Source of the DNA: Actinomycetes bacterium
GTDB lineage: Bacteria > Actinomycetota > Acidimicrobiia > Acidimicrobiales > UBA8190
Reading direction: 5' to 3'
Assembly: GCA_021826725.1 (NCBI GenBank)
Contig: JAKAYQ010000001.1
Span: 1-61,969, forward strand
Length of the DNA stretch: 61,969 nucleotides
The notes under the pieces were generated by a model. That model did not search any database. It had not been told where the DNA came from and worked only from the letters and a program-made list of their open reading frames with translations. The translations under genes were made by a program, and so were the position numbers. This document shows, piece by piece, positions 8,541 through 16,179 of this stretch. Numbering within the stretch: position 1 is the first letter of the stretch; each line of letters begins with the position of its first letter.

Positions 8541-10315
8541 CCGTGCGCCATCGCCCCATCCTCGGCCGCCAGACGACCCGAACCGCTGCCGGCAAGGGGG
8601 GCGGGCTGCTCGGCCCGCACGGCATCGAGGTCCGCCCCCGGCATTTGGCAGTTGGCGACGGGGTGTGCCGGTCCTTCGCCGTGGTCGGCTACCCCCGCGA
8701 GGTCGGCTACGGCTGGCTGGCCCCGCTGTTGGAGCACCCCGGCCGCCTCGACGTGGCCCTGCACATCGAGCCGGTACGAAACGACCTCGCCGCCGAGCGC
8801 CTTCGCCGCCAGCAGGCGCGCCTCGAGTCAGCCCGCCGCCTCGACGCCGCCAAGGGACGCCTCGCCGACCCCGGCATCGAGGTCGCCGCCCAAGACGCGG
8901 CCGAGCTGTCGGCCCGCCTGGCCCGAGGTCAGGCCAAGCTGTTCCGCCTCGGGCTGTATGTGACCGTCCACGCGCCCGACCCCGACGCCTTGGAGAACGA
9001 GTGCACCCGGGTCAAAGCCCTCGTCTCCTCGCTCTTGCTCGACGCGGTGCCCGCCACCTTCCGCTCCCTGCAGGGCTACGTCACCACCCTCCCGGCCGGG
9101 ATCGACAACCTGTCGATGCGCCGGACCCTCGACACCGACGCGCTGTCCGCCGCCTTCCCGTTCTCTGGCGTCGACCTCGCCTCAGCCGGCGGCGTCCTCT
9201 ACGGCACGACCATCAGCGGGTCGGGGCTGGTGTGCTGGGACCGCTTCGCCTGTGACAACCACAACTCGGTCATCCTGGCGCGCTCGGGGGCGGGGAAGAG
9301 CTACCTGGCCAAGCTCGAAGCGCTGCGCTCGCTCTATGACGGCGTCGAGGTGCTCGTCGTCGACCCCGAAGACGAGTACCGCCGCCTCGCCCACGCCGTC
9401 GGCGGCGCCTACTTGCACCTGGGGGCGCCGGGGGTGCGGCTCAACCCCTTCGACCTCGCCCCCGGCCCCGACCCCCTCACCCGACGCGCCCTGTTCGTCC
9501 ACACCTTGGTCGCCGTCCTCTTGGGCGAGAAGCCCGACCCCGCCGCCACCGCCGCGCTCGACCGAGGCGTGCTAGCCGCCTACGGCGCGGTCGGGATCAC
9601 CGCCGACCCGCGCACCCATCGCCGACCCGCCCCGGTCCTCGCGGAGCTCACCAAAGCCCTCGACGCGGACGACGACCCGGCCGCCAAGACGCTGGCCGCC
9701 CGCCTCGCCCCGTACGTCACCGGCAGCTACCGCCAGCTGTTCTGCGGCCCGACCACCACGCGCCCCGAGGGCCACCTGGTCGTCATCTCGCTGCGCGACC
9801 TCCCCGACGAGCTGAAAGCCGCCGGCACCCTCCTCACCCTCGACGCGCTCTGGCGCCGCGTCGCCGACCCGACCAACCGCAGACGCCGCCTGGTGGTCAT
9901 CGACGAGGCGTGGCTGCTCATGCGCGACCCCGAAGGCGCCAAGTTCCTGTTCAAGGCGGCCAAGTCGGCCCGCAAGCACTGGGCGGGGCTCACCGTCGTC
10001 ACCCAAGACGCCGCCGACCTGTTGGGCAGTGACCTCGGCCAGGCCGTGGTCGCCAACGCCGCCACCCAGATCCTGCTGCGCCAGGCCCCCCAGGCGATCG
10101 AGGCGGTCGGCGACGCCTTCGGCCTCTCAGAAGGCGAGCGAGCGTTCTTGGCCTCGGCCCGCCGGGGCGAGGGCCTGCTTTCCGTCGCCGCGCACGAGCG
10201 GGTCGGGTTCGCTGCGCTTGCCAGCCCCGCAGAGCACGACCTCGTCACCACGAACCCCGCCGAGCTCGCCCGCCTCGACGACCCCGCCGAGGACGACGGC
10301 GGCCTCGACCTGTGA
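8537..10315 (+). CDS. virB4: VirB4-like T4SS ATPase
   Basis: Walker A ARSGAGKSY and Walker B RLVVIDEAW. ATGA overlap with the upstream gene. Confidence 0.8.
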   Translation: MTVRHRPILGRQTTRTAAGKGGGLLGPHGIEVRPRHLAVGDGVCRSFAVVGYPREVGYGWLAPLLEHPGRLDVALHIEPVRNDLAAERLRRQQARLESARRLDAAKGRLADPGIEVAAQDAAELSARLARGQAKLFRLGLYVTVHAPDPDALENECTRVKALVSSLLLDAVPATFRSLQGYVTTLPAGIDNLSMRRTLDTDALSAAFPFSGVDLASAGGVLYGTTISGSGLVCWDRFACDNHNSVILARSGAGKSYLAKLEALRSLYDGVEVLVVDPEDEYRRLAHAVGGAYLHLGAPGVRLNPFDLAPGPDPLTRRALFVHTLVAVLLGEKPDPAATAALDRGVLAAYGAVGITADPRTHRRPAPVLAELTKALDADDDPAAKTLAARLAPYVTGSYRQLFCGPTTTRPEGHLVVISLRDLPDELKAAGTLLTLDALWRRVADPTNRRRRLVVIDEAWLLMRDPEGAKFLFKAAKSARKHWAGLTVVTQDAADLLGSDLGQAVVANAATQILLRQAPQAIEAVGDAFGLSEGERAFLASARRGEGLLSVAAHERVGFAALASPAEHDLVTTNPAELARLDDPAEDDGGLDL

Positions 10316-10379
10316 GAGCCCCCGCCGCCGGTCGCATCACCGTCCCCTGTCCCTGACCGACCAGAAGGAGTAACGCCCA

Positions 10380-11552
10380 GTGCCGACCACCCCCACCGTG
10401 CCCGCACCGAGCATCCCAGCACCGAAGGCGCCGCCGCCGAACGGGCCGCTCGCCCGCTGGCTGGCCCACCCCGGCGTCGCCGAGGCCCGCCTCGCCCACA
10501 CCCTCGCCCACACCCTCGCCACCTTGGTGCACTTCTGGCCCCTCGCCGCGGGTGTTGGCCTCATAGCACTCGGCTGGTGGCTGGCGGCCGCCGCGACCCG
10601 GACCTGGCAGGGTCGCCACGGCCGGTGGGTGGCCATCGCCCCGCCGGCCGAGCCCGACCCGGCCGGCGGGACCGCCCTGTGGCGGATGCTCGCCCCGCTC
10701 CTCGCGGCACGGCGCAGCCTGACCGGCGTCCGCCCGCCGGTCGCCTTCGAGTGCCACGCCGGCCCCGAGGGGCTCCGGATCGGGTTGTGGGTGTCAAAGA
10801 CCCTTCCCCTCCACAGCGTGGCGGGCGCCGTCGAGTCGGCCTGGCCCGGCGCCCGGGCCAACCTCGCCGCCCCGCCCGCCCTTCCCGCCGGGACCCGGGC
10901 GTCGGGCGGCCGGGCCCGACCCGCTGGCCCCGACTGGCTGCCGCTCGGCGCCGAGCACACCGGCGGCGACCCGCTACGAGGAGTGCTCGGCGCCCTCGCC
11001 GGCAGCGAAGGTGGCACCGTGTTGTTCCAGGTCCTCGCCCGACCCGCCCCCGGACGCCTCGTCGCCCGGGCCCGCAGGGCCGCCTGGGCCCGCCGCCGTG
11101 GCCAGCCCACCACCCGCGCCGGCCGGGCCCTCGACCTCCTCCACCACCAGCCCCGCGCCGCCGCCCTCGGCGGGGCGCCCGACCCGCTCGCCCTGGCCGA
11201 CGCGCGAGACATCACCGCCAAGGTCACCGCCGCACCGCATTTCGTGGTCGGTATCCGCTACGGCCTCGCCGGCCCACCCGGCCCGAGACGCCAAGCCCGG
11301 CGGTGGCGGCGGGCCAAAGCCCGCGAGATCACCGCCGGCCTCGGCCTTTACGCCGGGCGCAACCACCTCGTCGCCCGCCGCCTCGCCCGCGGTGGCCGCC
11401 GCGTCGCCTGCCGACAGCTGCGCTCGGGGTTCCTCTGCTCGCTGCCCGAGCTCGCCGCCCTGGCCCATGTGCCGGCCGAGCCCGCCGGCTACGGCCTGCC
11501 CGCCGCCCCCGCCCGCCACGTCGCCCCACCCGCCGAGGTCGCCCATGACTGA
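10380..11552 (+). CDS. membrane protein, possible separately encoded N-terminal anchor of the coupling protein
   Basis: GTG start. Two N-terminal TM helices (LATLVHFWPLAAGVGLIALGWWLAAAA). Its end overlaps the coupling ATPase gene by 8 nt. Confidence 0.5.
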   Translation: MPTTPTVPAPSIPAPKAPPPNGPLARWLAHPGVAEARLAHTLAHTLATLVHFWPLAAGVGLIALGWWLAAAATRTWQGRHGRWVAIAPPAEPDPAGGTALWRMLAPLLAARRSLTGVRPPVAFECHAGPEGLRIGLWVSKTLPLHSVAGAVESAWPGARANLAAPPALPAGTRASGGRARPAGPDWLPLGAEHTGGDPLRGVLGALAGSEGGTVLFQVLARPAPGRLVARARRAAWARRRGQPTTRAGRALDLLHHQPRAAALGGAPDPLALADARDITAKVTAAPHFVVGIRYGLAGPPGPRRQARRWRRAKAREITAGLGLYAGRNHLVARRLARGGRRVACRQLRSGFLCSLPELAALAHVPAEPAGYGLPAAPARHVAPPAEVAHD

Positions 11553-13152
11553 GCACCCCGCCACCCCCACGCCCGCCACCCGCCCCGGCCGCTCGGACAC
11601 CGATTGCCGCCCAGCAGGAGACCAGAGGCCGGCGCCGCTGCGCCTCTTCCCGGCAGACCACCCCGCCCGCCAGCGGCCCAAGGTCCTCGGGGTCTCCGAC
11701 GCCGGGGCGCGCCGGGCCGTGGCGCTGAAGGTGGCCGACGCCCGCCACCACACCCACGTCATGGGCGCGACCGGGTCGGGGAAGTCCACCCTGCTCGTCA
11801 ACTTGATCCTCGCCGACGCCCTGGCCGGACGGGGCGTGGTCGTCTTGGACCCCAAGGGCGACCTCGTCACCGACGTGCTCGCCCGCCTCCCCGAATCGGC
11901 CGGCGACCGCCTGGTGCTGCTCGACCCGGCCGAACAGGCCGCCCCGGCCGCGCTGAACGTCTTGGAGGTGGCCGGCCGGGACCCCGAGCTGGTCGTCGAC
12001 CACCTCGTCGGGGTGTTCCACCGCCTCTACGCCGCCTACTGGGGGCCGCGCACCGAAGACGTGCTGCGCTCGGCCTGCCTCACCCTGACCCGCCGACCAG
12101 GCACCACCTTGGCGCATGTGCCGCTACTGCTCGCCAACCCCCGCTACCGCGCCGCCCTCACCAAAGGACTGTCGGACCCGGCCGGCCTGGGTGGGTTCTG
12201 GTCCTGGTACGACGGGCTCTCGGAGGCCGGCCAGGCCCAGGTCATCGGCCCGGTCATGAACAAGCTGCGGGCGGTGCTCACCCGCCGCTTCGCCGCCGAC
12301 CTGCTCGGCTCGGCGCAAAGCACCTTCAGCCTCGCCCGGGTCCTCGACGGGGGGATCCTGCTCGCCCGGCTCCCCAAGGGCGTCCTCGGCGACGACACCT
12401 GCCGCCTCGTCGGCTCGCTCCTCGTGGCCGGGGTCTGGCAGGCCGCCACCGCCCGGGCCGCCCAACCCGAGCCCGCCCGCCTCGACGCCGCGCTCTACGT
12501 CGACGAATGCCACAACTTCTTGCACCTGCCCGGCTCGCTCGACGACGTGCTCGCCGAAGCCCGCGGCTACCACCTCGCCTTGACCCTCGCCCACCAGCAC
12601 CTGGGCCAGCTCGGAAAAGAGCTCGCCGACGGCGTCGCCGCCAATGCCCGCAACAAGGTCTTCTTCACCACCAGCCCCGACGACGCCCGCCAACTCGCCC
12701 GCCACGTCGGGCCCTACCTCACCCAGGCCGACCTGTGCCACCTCGACCGCTACCAAGCCGCGGTCCGCCTCGTGGTCGACGGGCGCGACACCACCGGCTT
12801 CACCCTCGCCACCCGCGCCGCCCCTCCCGTCGGCACCGACCACACCGGGGCGCTCCGGACTGCCGCCCGCCACCGCGGCCGGGACGCCCAAGCCCGCCGG
12901 GCCGAGCGCCTCGCCCGGCGCTGGACCCCCGACACCGACGAAGACACCGACACCGACGAAGACACCGATCCTGGCGAGGCCGCCGACGGGACCCGACCGG
13001 TGATGGACACGACAGCCGTGCCGGTCTTCCTGCCGGTCTCCCTGCCGGTCTCCGTGCCGGTCTCTGTCCCCGTCTCAGAGACCGGCACCGAGACCGGCAC
13101 CCCCGAGACCACGAAGCGCCACGTCACCGGCGGTTTCCCCGAGCTGCGATGA
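11545..13152 (+). CDS. type IV coupling protein (VirD4/TraG-like ATPase domain)
   Basis: Walker A GATGSGKST and Walker B ALYVDECHNF. Repeat-rich acidic and PVS/ETG C-terminal tail. No TM segment in this ORF. Confidence 0.8.
   Translation: MTEHPATPTPATRPGRSDTDCRPAGDQRPAPLRLFPADHPARQRPKVLGVSDAGARRAVALKVADARHHTHVMGATGSGKSTLLVNLILADALAGRGVVVLDPKGDLVTDVLARLPESAGDRLVLLDPAEQAAPAALNVLEVAGRDPELVVDHLVGVFHRLYAAYWGPRTEDVLRSACLTLTRRPGTTLAHVPLLLANPRYRAALTKGLSDPAGLGGFWSWYDGLSEAGQAQVIGPVMNKLRAVLTRRFAADLLGSAQSTFSLARVLDGGILLARLPKGVLGDDTCRLVGSLLVAGVWQAATARAAQPEPARLDAALYVDECHNFLHLPGSLDDVLAEARGYHLALTLAHQHLGQLGKELADGVAANARNKVFFTTSPDDARQLARHVGPYLTQADLCHLDRYQAAVRLVVDGRDTTGFTLATRAAPPVGTDHTGALRTAARHRGRDAQARRAERLARRWTPDTDEDTDTDEDTDPGEAADGTRPVMDTTAVPVFLPVSLPVSVPVSVPVSETGTETGTPETTKRHVTGGFPELR
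13018..13110. repeat. five tandem 12-mers (sTGCCGGTCTCy) followed directly by 2.5 inverted copies (GAGACCGGCACC); long imperfect palindrome
   Basis: GTGCCGGTCTC 13054-13064 is the exact complement of GAGACCGGCAC 13078-13088. Outer arms 13042-13052 / 13090-13100 match 10 of 11. Lies in the last 45 codons of the coupling protein, 40 nt upstream of the relaxation gene. Confidence 0.85.
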
Positions 13153-14075
13153 GACCCCGACTCGAGAGGACAACTCCGCACCCTTCCGCCCCATCACGCC
13201 GTGGCGGCGGCCCCGCCGCCTCCGCATCGCCGTCCGCTCCCGGCCAGCCAGGCCGTGGCGACCTGCTCGGCGTTGTCCGCTCGCTCACCGAGCGCGACCG
13301 GTTCTGCGTCGCCGTCCTCGCCGAGCACCAGGTCCTCACCACCACCCAGCTCGCCCAGCTCTGCTTCCCCGGCCTCGACGTCGCCCAACGGCGCCTGCTG
13401 CGCCTCACCCGCCTCGGGATCCTCGACCGGTTCCGCTGGCACGCCCTGGTCGGCTCCGAAGCCTGGCACTACACCCTGGGCCCCGCCGGTGCCGCCCTCG
13501 CCGCCGCAGAGCGCGGCGCAGACCCGCCCCGGCCGGCCGAGCTGCGCCGCCGGGCGCTGCACCTCGCCGCCAGCCCCCGCCTCGCCCACCTATTGGGCGT
13601 GAACGGCTTCTTCTGCGCCCTCGGCGCCCAGGCCCGAAGCGAGCCCGGCGCTGCCCTCGTGTCGTGGTGGTCCGAGCGGCGCTGCGCCGAGCACTACGGC
13701 GAGCTCGTCCGCCCCGACGCCCAGGGCGTCTGGGCTGAAGACGGTCGCCAGGTCGGCTTCTTCTTCGAACACGACACCGGCACCGAACCCCTCGCCCGGG
13801 TCGCCGCCAAGATCTGCGGCTACACCGACCTCGCCGCCGCCGGCGGTCCCGGCCACCCCGTCTGCTTCTGGCTCGGAAGCGCCGCTAGGGAAGCCAACCT
13901 ACGCCGCCGCCTCGCCGAGCGCCCAACCCAGCTCACCGTCGCCACCGCCAGCGCCGAGCTGGCAGCCGCCTGCGGCACCGGACCCGCCGGGGCGATCTGG
14001 CTCCCCGCCGGCACCGAACGCCGCCGCCGGCTCATCGACCTCGCCCCCCCGGCCCGGCCGACGACGCCACGGTGA
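13149..14075 (+). CDS. replication-relaxation family protein
   Basis: ATGA overlap. ...LTERDRFCVAVLAEHQVLTTTQLAQLCFP...RRLLRLTRLGILDRFR... wHTH, followed by ...FFFEHDTGTE..., typical of this family. Confidence 0.65.
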   Translation: MRPRLERTTPHPSAPSRRGGGPAASASPSAPGQPGRGDLLGVVRSLTERDRFCVAVLAEHQVLTTTQLAQLCFPGLDVAQRRLLRLTRLGILDRFRWHALVGSEAWHYTLGPAGAALAAAERGADPPRPAELRRRALHLAASPRLAHLLGVNGFFCALGAQARSEPGAALVSWWSERRCAEHYGELVRPDAQGVWAEDGRQVGFFFEHDTGTEPLARVAAKICGYTDLAAAGGPGHPVCFWLGSAAREANLRRRLAERPTQLTVATASAELAAACGTGPAGAIWLPAGTERRRRLIDLAPPARPTTPR

Positions 14076-15028
14076 GCAGCCTCGGGCGTCCCTTCGCGGC
14101 GGGGGCGGCCGGCCTCGCCCTCCTCGTCGTGCTCCTCGCCGCGGCGGCCGGCGGCGCCCTCGGCGGCCTGCTCGGGGGCACCGGGGCCGAGGTCGCCCCG
14201 AGCGCCGCCGCGCTCTCCGCCATCCCCGCCACCTACCTCGCCCTCTACCAACAAGCCGCCGCCACCTGCCCGGGCCTGTCGTGGACGGTGCTCGCCGCGA
14301 TCGGCACCGTCGAGTCCGACAACGGCCAGTCCACCCTCCCAGGCGTCTCGGCCGGCCAAAACGCTGCCGGGGCGATGGGGCCCCTCCAGATGCTGGGGCC
14401 CACCTTCGCCGCCTACGACCAACCCGTCCCGCCCGGCGGGGCCAACCCGCCCAGCCCCTACGACCCGACCGACGCCACCTACGCCGCGGCGCGGATGCTC
14501 TGCGCGGATGGCGGGCGCAACGACACCAACCTCAACGGGGCCATCTGGGACTACAACCACAGCCGAGCCTACGTGACCGAGGTCCTCCACCTCGCCGCCC
14601 GCTACGGCCAAGCCGCCACCACGGCGTCGCCGAGCGCAGCCGCGGCCACCGCGCTCGCCTACGCCCTCTCCCAGCTCGGCACCCCCTACCGCTGGGGCGG
14701 CGAGACCCCAGGGGTCGGCTTCGACTGCTCGGGGCTCACCCAAGCCGCCTACGCCGCCGCCGGCATCACCCTGCCCCGAGTCGCCCAAGCCCAGTACGAC
14801 GCCGGCCCCCACCTGCCCCCAGGATCCCCGCTCCAACCCGGCGACCTCGTCTTCTTCGGATCCTCGACCAGCGCGGTCAGCCACGTCGGCATCGTGGTCA
14901 ACCCTGCCGGCGAGATGATCGACGCCCCCCACACCGGCGCCCAGGTCCGCATCGAGGGCTTCCCAACCACGATCGGCGCCGCCTGGGGCACCGACCTGTA
15001 CCTCGGCGCCACCCGGCCCGCGGGGTGA
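14072..15028 (+). CDS. secreted bifunctional cell-wall hydrolase (lytic transglycosylase-like plus NlpC/P60)
   Basis: GTGA overlap. Signal/TM segment. AIGTVESDNGQ (SLT-like catalytic Glu). GFDCSGLTQAAY...SHVGIV (NlpC/P60 Cys/His). Confidence 0.8.
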   Translation: MSSLGRPFAAGAAGLALLVVLLAAAAGGALGGLLGGTGAEVAPSAAALSAIPATYLALYQQAAATCPGLSWTVLAAIGTVESDNGQSTLPGVSAGQNAAGAMGPLQMLGPTFAAYDQPVPPGGANPPSPYDPTDATYAAARMLCADGGRNDTNLNGAIWDYNHSRAYVTEVLHLAARYGQAATTASPSAAAATALAYALSQLGTPYRWGGETPGVGFDCSGLTQAAYAAAGITLPRVAQAQYDAGPHLPPGSPLQPGDLVFFGSSTSAVSHVGIVVNPAGEMIDAPHTGAQVRIEGFPTTIGAAWGTDLYLGATRPAG

Positions 15029-15144
15029 ACATGGGCTCTCAGCGTTCCGCAGGCCGCCGGTCGGTCCTGGCGCCTCGTCGCCTTGCTTCCCGCGCCCGGT
15101 GGAGGTCTCATCGACCCCACCGGCCCAGCAGGAAAGGAGCTGCC

Positions 15145-15531
15145 ATGTGGCGAGTCGCGCTCTACGCGCACGAAACCCCGGGACGAAGAGGTCGCGCCCG
15201 GCTGGAGCAGCAGGTGGCCCGCCTCGCCGTCTCGGTGGCCCGACGACCGGGATGGTGCCACGTCGCCACCTATGTCGACCAGTCATGGGGCGGCGGGTGG
15301 CGTCCAGGACGCTCCGGCCTGCTCGCCGCGGCGCCCGGCCACTACGACGTGGTGGCCGTCGACGGCTACCGGCGCCTCTCACCCGACCGCCACCAGCGCA
15401 CTGTGGTCCTCGCCCACCTGCAGGCGGCCGGGGTGGCGACGGTCGTGCTCGGCCCCTCGGCCGCCGGCCGGCTGGTCACGCTGGCCGCTGACCTCGCTCT
15501 CGTCGACCTGATCGACGGCGTCACGCGCTGA
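15145..15531 (+). CDS. resolvase N-terminal-domain-like protein without a DNA-binding domain (128 aa)
   Basis: GGAAAGGAG SD 5 nt upstream of the ATG. MWRVALYAHETPG...YDVVAVDGYRRLS... resembles a serine-recombinase catalytic fold, but Thr/His occupy the usual RVS positions. Confidence 0.5.
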   Translation: MWRVALYAHETPGRRGRARLEQQVARLAVSVARRPGWCHVATYVDQSWGGGWRPGRSGLLAAAPGHYDVVAVDGYRRLSPDRHQRTVVLAHLQAAGVATVVLGPSAAGRLVTLAADLALVDLIDGVTR

Positions 15532-15568
15532 GGCACCGTCACCGGTGAAGGCGCCGCCGTGCTGGCGC

Positions 15569-15718
15569 TCACCGGGCCGCCCACAGGGCGAGCAGCGCAC
15601 CGGCGAGCAGGAACGGCGCGAAAAGAACCGCGCCCCGCCGTCGGGCGACGGCGCGGCCGAACCCCCAGAGGGCCGCCAATGCCCAGGCAGCGAGCACACG
15701 GTGAGGAGGGTCGGCCAT
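15569..15718 (-). CDS. possible small two-TM peptide (49 aa)
   Basis: ATG at 15718. Hydrophobic MADPPHRVLAAWALAALWGF...FAPFLLAGALLALWAAR. Moderate GC3. Lies downstream of the merR-family gene. Confidence 0.25.
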   Translation of the reverse strand: MADPPHRVLAAWALAALWGFGRAVARRRGAVLFAPFLLAGALLALWAAR

Positions 15719-15774
15719 CCCCACCAGGCGAGACCCATGCCGCAGAGGGCGGCGAGCTTGGGATCTCTTCTGCA

Positions 15775-16179
15775 CTAGAGGCGCGGGGCGGTCGCGTGCT
15801 CGATGACGGTGCAATAGCGCGCCTCCCCGTTGGAAAGGCTGTCCGCTTGGGCTTTGAGGGCGACCAGCTCGGCCCGGAGGTCCTGTAGCTCGGTGATGCG
15901 CCGGTCGAGGTCGCCCACCTGGCGGCCGAGCACGTCGAGGACGTAGGCGCACGGGCGTTGCCCCTGTTCGCGGAAAGCGAGGATCTCGGCGAGCTCTGCG
16001 AGCGTGAAACCGAGGCGTCGGGCGGTCTTCACGAACACCAGGCGCTCGACGTCCGCGGCGGTGTAGTCCCGGTAGCCGCCGGCGGTGCGCTCGGGATCAG
16101 GGAGCAGGCCGATGTCTTCGTAGTAGCGGATGGTCCTGGGGTTGATCCCGACGGCGTCGGCTGCCTCGCCGATCCTCAC
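15775..16179 (-). CDS. MerR-family metal-responsive regulator (CueR/ZntR-like)
   Basis: GTG start overlapping the ATPase stop (GTGA). MRIGEAADAVGINPRTIRYYEDIGLL HTH. Long dimerisation helix. Cys at the position of CueR Ser77 (RPCAYV) and a single C-terminal Cys/His (RYCTVIEH). Confidence 0.8.
   Translation of the reverse strand: MRIGEAADAVGINPRTIRYYEDIGLLPDPERTAGGYRDYTAADVERLVFVKTARRLGFTLAELAEILAFREQGQRPCAYVLDVLGRQVGDLDRRITELQDLRAELVALKAQADSLSNGEARYCTVIEHATAPRL

Larger units (their letters stand above)
529..15531. mobile_element. integration and conjugation core of a putative integrative conjugative element; right boundary not identified and may extend well beyond 15.5 kb
   Basis: tRNA-adjacent serine recombinase, orphan methyltransferases, T4SS ATPases (VirB4-like and coupling protein), a replication-relaxation protein and a cell-wall hydrolase, all contiguous. 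Confidence 0.65.

Noticed and set aside
13018-13110. Repeat arrays (13018-13110, 36034-36073, 41727-41786, 45305-45345, 49401-49445) considered as CRISPR arrays.
   Set aside because: The units are 12-15 bp and contiguous, with no spacers. Most lie inside coding sequence, and no cas genes are present.
15542-15575. Imperfect hairpin CCGGTGAAGGCGCC...GGCGCTCACCGG between convergent genes, considered as a bidirectional terminator.
   Set aside because: The stem is bulged, there is no T-tract, and it overlaps the 3' end of a low-confidence small ORF. It is not distinctive in this GC background.
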